From a virus: DNA of 64,000 nt. Each line of letters starts with the position of its first letter. Position 1 is the first letter of the stretch. A model generated the notes under the pieces. The model was not told the DNA's origin, made no database searches, and saw only the letters and a list, made by a program, of their open reading frames with translations. The position numbers and the translations under genes are program-made. The DNA lies in IMG/VR virus record IMGVR_UViG_3300040959_000809; one strand, given 5' to 3'. This document shows, piece after piece, positions 36,501 through 44,661 of the stretch.

Positions 36501-37650
36501 CCATATTTGGTTCCCACTGTTTGGTGAGTTCCATATCAAAGTCTTTGATTTCACTATCAAGAATTTTTGAATTTCTTATTACAACATTATCAAGATCAAG
36601 ATCTTCAATAACTGAATTCGCAATTGTTGAATCCTCAATCCGACCTTGGAAAGTTGATTCAGTAATACCTGTATTCGATGCAGAGGAGCTTGTAATTACA
36701 GCATCATTAATTGTTACGTCATTCAGACCACCTTGGAAATCTGTATTAGCAATTACAGAATTCTGAATTAAACTATTATCGATGGTTGAGTTTGTAAGTG
36801 TTACATTATTACCCGTGCCGTCATTAAATTCAGAGCTTGTGATAACAATGTTATTTGCATTTGAATTTGTAATAGTACCTGCAGTAAATGTTGACTCACC
36901 AATCTGTGCGTTGGTAATTGCACCATTTGCAAAATTTGTATCAACAATTTCACTGTTTGAAATAATTACATCTTCAAGTGTTAATCCGTCAATCTGTACG
37001 TTTGTAAGAATAGTACCGTTCGCAACACCACCTTCAATGGTAGGGTTGTTAAAGAATGAATCATCAATACGAGAATTTGTAAATACATCATTATTACCAG
37101 TACCGTTACTAAAATCAGAACTAGTAATTAAAATATTATTTGCATTTGAATTAATTACATCACCAGCATCGAATACTGAATCTGTAATATAACTCGATGT
37201 TACATTAGATTGGTCAAGGACCGAAGCTGTGATGTCGAGGTTGTTACCCGATGAGTTGGTGAGTTCACCAGCATCGAATACTGAATCTGTGATCTGAAGA
37301 TTGGCGCCAGTTGAATCTGTTAACTGACCGTCATCAAATGTGGATCTAGCGATGTCACCATCATTGAAGTCTGATCTTGCAATAACTGATCTATCAATGT
37401 CACCAGCAATAAAATCGGATGTATTGATAGTCACATTATTCAAGGTAGAGTTAGACATTACAACATTAGCAATTGTCCCACCCGTGATTCGGATACGAGA
37501 AAATTGCTCGTATTGAATAGCCTCTACAAGTTCTCTTCTGGTGATGTTTTTAGTACCGTCATCACCTTGTACTAGATTTACAATAACAAAAAGATCTTCA
37601 GTTCTAGTATTAGCACCGGTAATAGGACCTAATTCTGAAATCTTTGACAT
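27502..37650 (-). CDS. Giant repeat-rich virion structural protein (3382 aa)
   Basis: N-terminal pentapeptide-like solenoid; pectin-lyase-like entry motif (VHVAIDGDD...VGPGTHY); 11 (Y/F)xxxKCxRD helical repeats; 6 TPxxxxY(D/N)PxxG..IGxH..C..HxF beta repeats. Confidence 0.88.
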   Translation of the reverse strand: MSKISELGPITGANTRTEDLFVIVNLVQGDDGTKNITRRELVEAIQYEQFSRIRITGGTIANVVMSNSTLNNVTINTSDFIAGDIDRSVIARSDFNDGDIARSTFDDGQLTDSTGANLQITDSVFDAGELTNSSGNNLDITASVLDQSNVTSSYITDSVFDAGDVINSNANNILITSSDFSNGTGNNDVFTNSRIDDSFFNNPTIEGGVANGTILTNVQIDGLTLEDVIISNSEIVDTNFANGAITNAQIGESTFTAGTITNSNANNIVITSSEFNDGTGNNVTLTNSTIDNSLIQNSVIANTDFQGGLNDVTINDAVITSSSASNTGITESTFQGRIEDSTIANSVIEDLDLDNVVIRNSKILDSEIKDFDMELTKQWEPNMDEDSYFAIKNVKTDETEKISYRQFFDEIARKTEKALKVHVAIDGDDDAPGTILQPVGTLERAAELALEKAGGSFNRNGLNDAVHISVGPGTHYTKGNIKLPDDCSITSTSGQYATVIQALPGYESENCFLLGSGCYAQGFSFFNWKVDNFDYPEGGFAYAYRPGAKILRSPYVRDSSQLSNFNRLDVEPPLQPFNSKGTVADLGQEVILEVGHSGEFNEGDEVTFSNGAYGFLSWDDSLDTAKGIDPDLATNNKIFVRNLKGTVEVGDYVYAQSGGTGQVNALGIDDFPNPLVGRGGGVILADRRQLDTDSLYTYFLAFGATPRTQNGIGYVARDGAGVNGIGSLSIFVRVAFYALNGGQMTLNNSGTQFGDISMRAKGSTTIFAPQDTTANLVGNTDFADSIENRATDIIEDMVDYLTANTANGGLGLQEYDSDKCKRDTGIIIDSVGYDVALNTNYWGRLNGLTYRSPISQRVYGEQLNETAGSIRHLKDEVDYLFRNSDVSVLERANTSFNATLDILENGEDYAAPLVFEDTGVVSRTAARKLLMNNTDHITEKFIDWIEDNDQFYAYDSNKCRRDIQDYILPAAKYDMLLDTNYNAVTAGNAYYMNTARKVIGEQRNETVSAYQRLRTQTADLLSANSSAGEVGASDSINEIVDILNNAGRKYTPVDATYNPVTGSMTVTIGFHDLTVGTRIVIDPGSMIFTCEDDDFVTELAHPRPTDKVAYQRPLPITAVTVTGFTVFVGTSTNFRHKFERSTKKCISVVGSEITYSNDASIPAVNRNARKQLQANRTYIQDYMLNWIDDNYFLYDSDKCRRDTIEYILPAVERDMLLGTNFNSIQSGVAYYTATASEVVGSQLTQTAGAIRHLKDQVANTVLTDAESIQRVNNAFNEVVSIMENAGRVYTPLGAVYDPTTGVMEVTIGTHDLQVGQQILIADESMTWECGSPAVQITHPRPSDPAYRTPQTIVEVTNTTITMNVGDAGGYTGAHTLVSADADSFKLATYTGSYTPITSTYDPVNGEMVVTIGQHNLKQGDWIQFKPGSITFSCLDANSNPVTITHPRPTDGPYQTPVRIHDVDGSTIKVYVGNANGYTGTHTFVSAETGAVNVDAIYWSDPAKVIETHTPTNGTYDPVTGVTTLEIGTHAIETGDFVEIAPYGLTWSCGSPTEYISNPRIGEPNYGVPIEITSTTATGITFNSGAAGYSGAHTFESASAGSVIHTQATKGGVLTGRQLLANKQLIKDEVVGYLNNNYFTYDGAKCSRDTALILDAVKRDVLTGSNFSSVFAGLAYRAGTSSGDLVITDQLTETVGAITWLKGEIGANLTGTALTRSNTAFDEIIDIMNAGQGNADAITFGTPTVSTGHTNARIALQTNKAFLQAEATAWLAANYPAFSYDVAKCERDVGYLVDSISFDIQHGSNTAAVNNARLYFDNAVSVLPEAQKIITAEVFERIAALAGRIVRGQPVVKTNTNPENADVTVPGGFTPTGGTYDPVTGIMEVTIGAHNFVAGDRVTFGLESITWECGSPAQQISHPRATDPIYDQAVPIRSVTSTSITLDVGDANGYTGAHTFISATTDAIKDSALSISQRTQDLFAIVSDMIRGDEFADLPAYEEPTVTAAVAEQEAYEYINGVREKYGFEILNFISETYNGLSYNQEKCSRDVGYIVDAIAQDMEYGGNEATITAVKEYFEAALELSEAYPEKQTRPASTLDTNSNETNYIDYIKSINTLPKDQREPTKQAYLHMADVISDIAQEIAVTPSYTQYTPTGATYDPATGVFTATIGSHSLRVGETVYLKDEGFTFECDAGSGPQQSTAPQAHHPFWRKPVTITGVTGTSITMNVGTGGTGQYAHTFISAVANAISEGPYQNVDGIAADATTAQAAKDLVLIIANAIDEYKEPSDLPAISGAPTYEPKRTFARNIIQRNKPFLQEEIVSYINDVFFTFEEGKCARDAGYIVDAIARDILTGSNYNSVYAGRAYRIGTLGADKVIDDQLSETIEGFKFVQRKIEDGITGNALDRSKASFTALFDVLTDGVDAAPAYVFGSANASTSNLNAAQGLIANRTFMQAEVLAWLGINFAGLTYDQNKCYRDVGYMVDAVTYDIRHNTNTGIRDVARLYFENAVSVLPDDQKAPTAAAFVRLAEVAEQLVLKQPVTKSAGNAETQDTVSFGATTAAVGDNVQALFEIVSDVITADSLRELPAVTNIDAAGVNATGYDLEFQNAYNTINNDLKSKIQADIVPFLNEKYNFLEYDEDKCRRDTGYIVDAISHDIQYGGNAAIHGCAEIYFKNAVNVLDRDQREPTRRAFAHLGEVIEKLIKRETVTPSGKNTLVPDLMGLPGANPAKPEIATEARDLAWIISSIADDEDPSNIPQRIDPIITWVDDHFVASKDLIEDNTVTLVENMISYISTEYNGLSFPRDKCRRDMGYLVDAVSHDINYQTNHASRISAQIYFENGISVLPVDTRIQTADVYLEMGNLMSDIVLEANTGAGQDFTYEPSDGATALEVKNLIGIVEDVIRADSTAVIPELVEPDLSWVEASKIWAADAIDNNKDMLADDVQEWLREEFTVLDYNKAKCRRDVQQYIIPAFSFDLNYGGNAATRWNADFYYWNNILRLPENQRIPTAKAYRQLGEICEAIVLGKDPEAVVVEEVASSVEGTKVKYLANILYETLLNNDTKRLPALDLPDFDYAADGVHKFSRDILVAKRRVLQSEIVRFVNSEYNFIDINLTRRDSLNLLYTIANDFRFINTAITSAPGYGGIEGKGSSKATRTFVASFFNYDGTHVFPVFNPTTRGLNFKGTTTDINNVDTNETKRNDAYIVPTDNNTNRYSGTVYYWNGTIWVNDGANNDQLLYAFYKSWEKMRDYITTNLNGGADENTMINGLFNDIILGNVLRPNTLQFGSLVESIAHQFNGASAGVNRTALPLNFRNIGLPISALASVLSEDGGRVRWSGADELNNQYFARGLRINGRTGRIEGRPFTSSVRKLARRASNSRAIV
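37161..37290. repeat. 25-bp exact direct repeat (37161-37185 and 37266-37290)
   Basis: caccagcatcgaatactgaatctgt twice, offset 105 bp (35 codons), encoding TDSVFDAG. Confidence 0.85.
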
Positions 37651-37672
37651 ATAAAGTCTACCTTTTTTCTTT

Positions 37673-37680
37673 TATTTATG
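37673..37680 (-). promoter_or_regulatory. Late promoter, near consensus (CATAAATA)
   Basis: Plus strand tatttatg in the gap upstream of the 3382-aa gene. Confidence 0.6.
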
Positions 37681-37696
37681 AATATCAATTCAAGAA

Positions 37697-39097
37697 TTAT
37701 TTATCACAAGCGCACTTACATGAATTTTTTTCTAATTTTTCAATTTTAGTACTTAACTCTTTTATCGCTTCGACCAGCACAGGAACAATATTACCATATG
37801 CAACATTCTTATATTTATCGCTATCTTCTGTAATCACCTGAGGTAAAATGGCTTCTAATTCTTGAGCAATAAAACCAATTTTTTCCTCTGTGTCTCCAAT
37901 TTTATTATAGGAGACACCTCTCATTCGATTAACTTTATCTAATGAATCCGAAAGATCCTTAATATTTTCCTTGACACGTTTATCAGAAAGTGTTATAAGG
38001 TCACCACCGGCCTGTATATTGCCGGTCGCCGTTACAGAACTAGCATTAAAAGTGCCGTCAATATCAATGTTACCAGTATTGCCTTCAAGTGTGATTTTAA
38101 CATTATCACTGGTGTTTTCCAATTCAATATTGGCTCCATTCCGAACCCGTAATTTATTTCCAATAGTGCCATCTTCATTGACAGTAGTATTAAGACCTGA
38201 AGTAATAGTACCCTCTACGTTGAAGGATGTTTTACCACTGTCTGTCCCTAAACCATTTGTTGCCTGGTAAAAAGAAGCACCAGCTACTGTAGGTGTGCCA
38301 GACAGATCATCTTTTAGAATAAAATCAACACGGCGATCTGTAGATCTTTCCTCACCGTGGATATACATCATTACATGACCATTATTTTCAAAAATTGTCT
38401 GGCCGTTTCTTGCACCAGACTCCGACATGTGATCAAAACGTATTCTTGTATCTGCATCACCTTGGTGAGAAACTTGTCGAGGCACCACAATATCCAAACC
38501 AGTGCCGTCATATGACTGTCCAGCAGATATTTCAATTTGATTATTCGCATCTGGTCCAGTGAAAACAATATTATCACCAGCCTTAAATGCACCATGTGCA
38601 ATATCTACTACAGAACCACTAGCACCCAATGTTGTGTTGCCAGTGACCTCAAGATCAGTTAAGGTAAGTTTACCATTTGGAGAAAGTTTAAACGGTGTGG
38701 TTGTAGATGTTTTAATAACAAAATTAGCATCAGTATTATTATCTAGGCCGATGTCCCAGTTAAAAACATTATTTGTAAATCTTGCCTGACCACCACTTGC
38801 TCCATATGCAAAAATAGCGGTAACCTTTTGGCCCGAGCTAAATTCACCAGGTTGTGAAAATGTAATATTTGCAGCAGTATTTGCAGCCGCAAAAGTATCT
38901 GATGATATGGTGCCGGTTGCCTCAAAATTGGTTGCGGTAAAATCCCCAATAAGGATGGCGTCACCCGTGGTGGTATCACCAGCCGGGGTTGCAGTCACAA
39001 TTTCCGTTTTCAGGATATCAATAACATCGTTGGTTTTATCAAACCAATTCTGAAACGTTTGTGACGTTTGTAAATTTGTAATTCCAGGTTTAGCCAT
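37697..39097 (-). CDS. Short fibre/spike protein (466 aa) with C-terminal S74 chaperone
   Basis: TLSDKRVKENI...GFIAQELE...VAYGNIVPVLVEAIKEL; beta-rich body. Confidence 0.85.
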   Translation of the reverse strand: MAKPGITNLQTSQTFQNWFDKTNDVIDILKTEIVTATPAGDTTTGDAILIGDFTATNFEATGTISSDTFAAANTAANITFSQPGEFSSGQKVTAIFAYGASGGQARFTNNVFNWDIGLDNNTDANFVIKTSTTTPFKLSPNGKLTLTDLEVTGNTTLGASGSVVDIAHGAFKAGDNIVFTGPDANNQIEISAGQSYDGTGLDIVVPRQVSHQGDADTRIRFDHMSESGARNGQTIFENNGHVMMYIHGEERSTDRRVDFILKDDLSGTPTVAGASFYQATNGLGTDSGKTSFNVEGTITSGLNTTVNEDGTIGNKLRVRNGANIELENTSDNVKITLEGNTGNIDIDGTFNASSVTATGNIQAGGDLITLSDKRVKENIKDLSDSLDKVNRMRGVSYNKIGDTEEKIGFIAQELEAILPQVITEDSDKYKNVAYGNIVPVLVEAIKELSTKIEKLEKNSCKCACDK

Positions 39098-39281
39098 GTT
39101 TATGCTTCTTTTCCAGTGCGTCTATTCTTTCGCAGATCCTAAGTAGAGTCGATTTAATTTCAGAAACATCATCCTGAAGTCTATCAACACGCTTGTAATA
39201 AAGCCTTTCCGTTTTATATTTATTCAAAGCTTCAAGGTCGGTGCTGATAATCGCTCTACTATTCGGATCTCTTTGTATCAT
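39090..39281 (-). CDS. Small hypothetical coiled-coil protein (63 aa)
   Basis: Overlaps both neighbours (ATGA at 39278-39281); RDPNSRAIISTD motif followed by a helical C-terminus. Confidence 0.7.
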   Translation of the reverse strand: MIQRDPNSRAIISTDLEALNKYKTERLYYKRVDRLQDDVSEIKSTLLRICERIDALEKKHKHG

Positions 39282-42200
39282 GTTAATGCTATTCCTCTAT
39301 AATCTCTCAACGATGGTGCATTATAAGCAGTCGAGGAAAGCATTTCAATTTTTACTGCAAATCTTCTATATCCTGTAAAGGTTCCAGCATCACTAGTATA
39401 TTCCAAAGCCCCATCGGCATTTTTAGCTGAGTCAGGAACTGCAAATTTAAATTCCTTATAATCTTCTATATTTACCTTAGATGAGAATATATTCTTACCT
39501 TCGATAATTTCAAGTTCGATCCAATCAATATTCTCAAAACCTTCACTGTCATAAACATTCTGAGGTTTGATATAACATTTAATATCAGTACCTTGAGGTC
39601 TATATCCAGTAATAATAAGTTGGAAATCCTCAGCATCAAAGCTTTCAGCAAGTTCAACTCTCTTTGAGATATACTTAGCTGTAGTACTTGAGCTGTTTGT
39701 AATTTTCCATTGATATGCAATGAGTTTTGATAACTCAACATCAACAAGCGGCGATGATGTATTTGAGCCAGCCTGTTTTTTCATATCAACAATAATTTCA
39801 AATTTCTTAGTATCCGTCAAGTCATTTGATTTACTGTAAATCACTGCTCCGGATTTGGAGAAGTAATTGTTACTATTAAATTTTAATTGTTGTTCGTAGT
39901 AAGTATTAACATCATTGGGTGAAGTGAAACGACCCGTCAACGATGTAGAGGTCGTACCATCATTGGTTCTATTAATGAATGGTTGTATATAGCTTATGTT
40001 AATATCATCGATGGAAGCCGTATTAGCTTGCGACCCAGACGAAAGTCCGTATAAGAATACACCTTGGTCAAACTTTCTACCTTCTCTTGCAGAACTGCCT
40101 TCGAGGTACATTTCACCTGGGTTTCTTTTATCATAGTGCGATAATTTACCAGAAACAACAGGCAGACCAGAGCTTGATACAAAATCATATGGTGTCTGTT
40201 TGTGGGCGACCATTCTTGTAGCCGACGTAATGTCTGTAATTCTGAAAATGTCCTTATTAGTTGAATCGTTAATAAGAATCTCATCATTAATTGCATATGT
40301 CGTATCAAGTCCGGACCCTGTAATTACATTATTGCCGACTTCCATTGATACCACATTACTTGTTCCAACAGCAGGATCTTTTAATTGGTAAACATCTTCG
40401 TTAAAGTTAAATCTTCCTGAGATATCATTTACAGATAGGAATTCATGATCATTATTCTTAAGACGGATGAAACCTTGATTCTCGTCAAAGCTGTGTCGTC
40501 TCAGTTCAAATTTAACATCTTCGTCCTGATATGATTTCCATGCACGGTTATTGGTAGACGTAAAGAGAACACCGTCTCCCCAGTCCTGCACAATTGTTTG
40601 GCCTTGAGTATCACCAGGTGATAAATCAAGTCCACCTACCTTTGATGTATAGATTAAATAATCTGGATCATTCCCATCTGGCATTACAACAAATGCATAT
40701 TCTCTTTCTGAATAGAGTCTTATTGGAGCCTCAAATTGGAATGTAGTAGCTGCAGAAGCATCATCAGAAACATTTACTTGATCTTTTGTATAGTGAACTT
40801 TCGAGAAAGGAATAATATTACCAGAAGGGTATCCATTATCTGTTTCACTCAAGTATAGAGTAATACCATTCACCTCTGATTTACGCTTGAAGTACACATC
40901 AAGTTCGGATACAAGCAATGATTCACCGCCCTCGACCATACCTTTCTTAATATAGAAGGTTTGTGCAAGAGGGTCGCCTTGCCGTGGGAAGGTAACTGAC
41001 CTAGCCACAACTGTCTCGTTTAAATTAAACTCTGGTTCCCTTGTAGAAAGTTCAGTTTTCTCTATTGAGAAATTATATGCTCTATATGTAAGAGAAGTAG
41101 AGGATGTTGCAGCCGAATCAATAGAATTATATTGATCTACATCTACGACCTTAAGAATTCTATCACCCACAAAGAATGTTGCTTCTGGTATATTAAATAC
41201 TGCTCTCAGAACACCTCTGGAATCTGTTTTAAGCCCGGCAGTACCAATCGGATCACCGAATGTTTCAATCTCACCTGGACTATCTGCTGCGGTGCCTGGA
41301 ACAATATGAGCATTCACATCTACACCATCAAAGAAGAAATAATGATTTGTATCTGGTCTTAGACCGCCAACCCAAACCTTAAGTTCTCTTGCAGCAATGA
41401 ATGGATTGAATTCCACATTGGTAACAAAATCTCCAACTTGTTCTGCAGCACTTCCGACTTCAAGTGTAGAAAATGTATCGTCAACGATTACAGTACCACC
41501 GGCTCTGCCAAATGTGTTTACTGCAATACCTTCTTCTGTGAGAACATCCGTAAGAGGTAAGAATTCTTGTAGGTTGTCTACAAAGTCTTCAAACATTGAT
41601 GCAGTATCAATTGTTAATGGATCTGGGTTTTGAGTAAAATCGTATGCAATATCATATTCTGGTGATAGTCCTCCCAGTCCATTATAGGCATAATAGTTAC
41701 TCACACAATTTCTAAATTCAGTAGCATACGGCTGATTAAGAACCGTAAGGTTTGAATCCCTTCCTAGTGTCATTACATTAGGATTATTCGTCGGTGGAAA
41801 TAATTGTGCTCCAGTAGCAGATGAATATTTAAGATCCAATGCAAACTGTTTAACAGCTGGAGTCAATATTTTTTGGTTGTGCAAGATTGCAGCATTATAT
41901 TCGGGGTCAGCTATTTCAGCAAATGTAAGATCATTAAATGGATCTACAACAAAACCATTTTTAAATCTGGTTCTACCATTTTCGTCAAGTATCGAAAGAT
42001 TCTGAGTTGAGCTTTCAAGTTGACTTAATGATATGTAATAGTTTAAAGAGTTAACCTTATCATCAATTCGTTTGATGTCCTGCATTTTATAACCCTTGTG
42101 GGATTTTTTAATAACAGAGACACCATATGGCCGCATTCCTTTTGCAAGTGCTTCCGCCGGTGTTAAGGCCGGAGAACCTGGAATTTTGACTTCTGCCAAA

Positions 42201-44647
42201 ACCATTTGATCTGGAGATAATGACGGGGGTGTAGGTTTTCTTTCCTCGCGACCTTTAATAATATTAAAAGTACCGTATGAATCAACCGTTACTGCATCTA
42301 CCCTAGCAAGGAAGTGTTCAATGTCAAGATTTGCCACACCGCCACCTACTGGTGTAATAGGAACCAATGTTGTAAATGTAGGGCTAGCGCCAACCGCACC
42401 ACTGACATTAGGTGCTGTTGCTGGATTTGTTGCATTATAATCTGCAGCTGCCTCTTTATCAGCATATGGTCTAAAATCAAAGCATTCTCTTAAATAATAC
42501 TTCCGACCACTAGATGATGTATATACAGGAATATCATCATAATCCAAAGTTGCTGGATAACTATTTACTGCAAAATAATAACTTCTTCCAGCAATAGGAT
42601 TTATTTCAAACACCTTTAGCTCTACTGTAAGAGTACTATTCGGTGGAATAGGTCTACCTTGAATATATTCAATATATGAAATATCATAATAGGTGTCTTT
42701 TTGGTTTCTGATTAATCGGAAACTATTTGTATAATCATCTCCATTACTATCGACAATGTCTATAATTTCATATACATCAGGGAAGCCCAGACTCCATCTG
42801 TTATTCTGAGTATCAAATACATGTGCAATTTTAACATGAGTTTCTTTTGCCAATTTTTCAAATGGCTTTGGTGCTGTATTACCTGTTCTATTTCTATTAT
42901 AATAGACATGTACAGCTGAACCACCAGCACCTTCTGCTGGATCAATTTGAATTCTTAATTGTGTTCCAAGATTTTCAACTACAGAAGACTGAATAGTTAG
43001 CTTTGTACCAGTATCCTCAATTACAAGAAGGTCATCCTGATCAAGATAAAAATCTCCGTCTGACCCCGACGAGATAATAATCTGATCTGTCCCACTGTCA
43101 ACCGAAGCAGCCGCCACTTCTCTGATAGGAAGTTTAGTACAGATAGTATTTTTTAGACTTGTCAGCCCGGTTTCAAAAATAAATGCCTGATTATCGGTGC
43201 CTTTTAATCTTGCTGGTTCCACTGCGGTATTTGCAATTTCAATATAACCAGTAGGAACATCAACGCGTTCAACCGTAGCAAAATTTTCACCTGGATTCAT
43301 TCTTACACCACTGAGATGAATTCTGGTATCAACAATGTTATTAACAAACGCTTCACCAATTTTTGTACTAGAGCTGTTTTTGAGATCAACGGCTGAAGAT
43401 CTATCAAGATCAATATAGCCGTTCCAATCCAACACATCTACATATTGGCCATATTTAAAACTTACAGTTTGATCTTCTATAATTTCACTATTTGAAATAG
43501 GATCGACGGTAAAAAATTGTTCACCTAGATTCTCAATTCTGTAACCTTTAATGTACGCGGTACCTGGACCAATACCTATTTTTAAATCATCTCCTCGTCT
43601 TGAGGGGGTGGTCTTAAAATTCTTTACAATGTAGTTTCCAGATTCCTCAAATGTTCTTCGAGCCATTTCATCCCCAAGAACATTATACTCTGCAATATCA
43701 CGTACTGTAACCTGATTACCATTATTAAATCTAATTAAGCTAAAGAATGACGCATCTGCATCCGCAGTCTCTTGTGATAATACGGTAAGAGATGGAACTA
43801 ATTTAAGTCTATCTGCACCAGGTGCATTAAAGTTACTTGAACCATTAGCATTATCGTAAAGAGTAGGATCTTCAAAGGCGTTTACCAAATTTTCGGTAAC
43901 CCGATATCCTACAGCTAATTGGTCTGGAAATCTTGTATATTTACTAACAATAAGAGTCTGTGATTCCGCAAATAGGAAATGTCCTTTTTGGAATATGACA
44001 CCGGATTCTGCTCTAAGACCATATGATTGTCCTACATGATTAGATAAATCACTGACATCAATTTCTGCTTTAACTGCGGTGGTCTGAATTGGATTTGTTT
44101 CGCCGACATCCAAGCCACCTACCTTAAATTTCTTTTCAGAAACTGTAAGCTTTTCACCAGCAATGAATCTGTTATATAGATTTAATGAGGTATCGGTATT
44201 AGTGTACCCAATAAAGAATGTATTTAAATTTGGCGGAGCGGATGAAAAGCCTCTTACACCAGAGATCACAATAGCCTTAAGGCCACTTGTCTCGCCGATA
44301 ATTTCATATACATAATCAATTTCAGTATCAACACCATTGATGTTTTCTACCCCACGTCTACTAACATATGCAGTAGGATCAAAGTTTGTTACTAAATCAT
44401 TTCCATCTTTTAATTTTACGAATTCCAAACCATTAATGGTTGTAAAGTTACAACCCTTAATAATGCTACCTTCTTTATAGATATTATCACCGAACTGTTC
44501 AATTTGGTTTTGTAAAACCGTTTGAAGTTGGGTAAGTTCTCTGGCTTGAACTGCATAACCAGGTTTGAACAATACTCTATAGTACTGAGCTTCCTGACTG
44601 TAATCATCAAAATATGGAGCAGTGCTTAAATTTGTGTTAATTGGCAT
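39278..44647 (-). CDS. Large virion structural protein, DUF4815/VrlC-like (1789 aa)
   Basis: N-terminal PYFDDY...YYRVLFKPGYAVQARELTQLQTVLQNQIEQFG and internal RFKNGFVVDPF, characteristic of this protein in T4-like phages. Confidence 0.85.
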   Translation of the reverse strand: MPINTNLSTAPYFDDYSQEAQYYRVLFKPGYAVQARELTQLQTVLQNQIEQFGDNIYKEGSIIKGCNFTTINGLEFVKLKDGNDLVTNFDPTAYVSRRGVENINGVDTEIDYVYEIIGETSGLKAIVISGVRGFSSAPPNLNTFFIGYTNTDTSLNLYNRFIAGEKLTVSEKKFKVGGLDVGETNPIQTTAVKAEIDVSDLSNHVGQSYGLRAESGVIFQKGHFLFAESQTLIVSKYTRFPDQLAVGYRVTENLVNAFEDPTLYDNANGSSNFNAPGADRLKLVPSLTVLSQETADADASFFSLIRFNNGNQVTVRDIAEYNVLGDEMARRTFEESGNYIVKNFKTTPSRRGDDLKIGIGPGTAYIKGYRIENLGEQFFTVDPISNSEIIEDQTVSFKYGQYVDVLDWNGYIDLDRSSAVDLKNSSSTKIGEAFVNNIVDTRIHLSGVRMNPGENFATVERVDVPTGYIEIANTAVEPARLKGTDNQAFIFETGLTSLKNTICTKLPIREVAAASVDSGTDQIIISSGSDGDFYLDQDDLLVIEDTGTKLTIQSSVVENLGTQLRIQIDPAEGAGGSAVHVYYNRNRTGNTAPKPFEKLAKETHVKIAHVFDTQNNRWSLGFPDVYEIIDIVDSNGDDYTNSFRLIRNQKDTYYDISYIEYIQGRPIPPNSTLTVELKVFEINPIAGRSYYFAVNSYPATLDYDDIPVYTSSSGRKYYLRECFDFRPYADKEAAADYNATNPATAPNVSGAVGASPTFTTLVPITPVGGGVANLDIEHFLARVDAVTVDSYGTFNIIKGREERKPTPPSLSPDQMVLAEVKIPGSPALTPAEALAKGMRPYGVSVIKKSHKGYKMQDIKRIDDKVNSLNYYISLSQLESSTQNLSILDENGRTRFKNGFVVDPFNDLTFAEIADPEYNAAILHNQKILTPAVKQFALDLKYSSATGAQLFPPTNNPNVMTLGRDSNLTVLNQPYATEFRNCVSNYYAYNGLGGLSPEYDIAYDFTQNPDPLTIDTASMFEDFVDNLQEFLPLTDVLTEEGIAVNTFGRAGGTVIVDDTFSTLEVGSAAEQVGDFVTNVEFNPFIAARELKVWVGGLRPDTNHYFFFDGVDVNAHIVPGTAADSPGEIETFGDPIGTAGLKTDSRGVLRAVFNIPEATFFVGDRILKVVDVDQYNSIDSAATSSTSLTYRAYNFSIEKTELSTREPEFNLNETVVARSVTFPRQGDPLAQTFYIKKGMVEGGESLLVSELDVYFKRKSEVNGITLYLSETDNGYPSGNIIPFSKVHYTKDQVNVSDDASAATTFQFEAPIRLYSEREYAFVVMPDGNDPDYLIYTSKVGGLDLSPGDTQGQTIVQDWGDGVLFTSTNNRAWKSYQDEDVKFELRRHSFDENQGFIRLKNNDHEFLSVNDISGRFNFNEDVYQLKDPAVGTSNVVSMEVGNNVITGSGLDTTYAINDEILINDSTNKDIFRITDITSATRMVAHKQTPYDFVSSSGLPVVSGKLSHYDKRNPGEMYLEGSSAREGRKFDQGVFLYGLSSGSQANTASIDDINISYIQPFINRTNDGTTSTSLTGRFTSPNDVNTYYEQQLKFNSNNYFSKSGAVIYSKSNDLTDTKKFEIIVDMKKQAGSNTSSPLVDVELSKLIAYQWKITNSSSTTAKYISKRVELAESFDAEDFQLIITGYRPQGTDIKCYIKPQNVYDSEGFENIDWIELEIIEGKNIFSSKVNIEDYKEFKFAVPDSAKNADGALEYTSDAGTFTGYRRFAVKIEMLSSTAYNAPSLRDYRGIALT

Positions 44648-44661
44648 CTGTTATCTATCCC

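Noticed and set aside
37697-37730. Cys-rich tail (SCKCACDK) on the 466-aa protein
   Set aside because: Too short to interpret, and it lies on the chaperone part expected to be cleaved off
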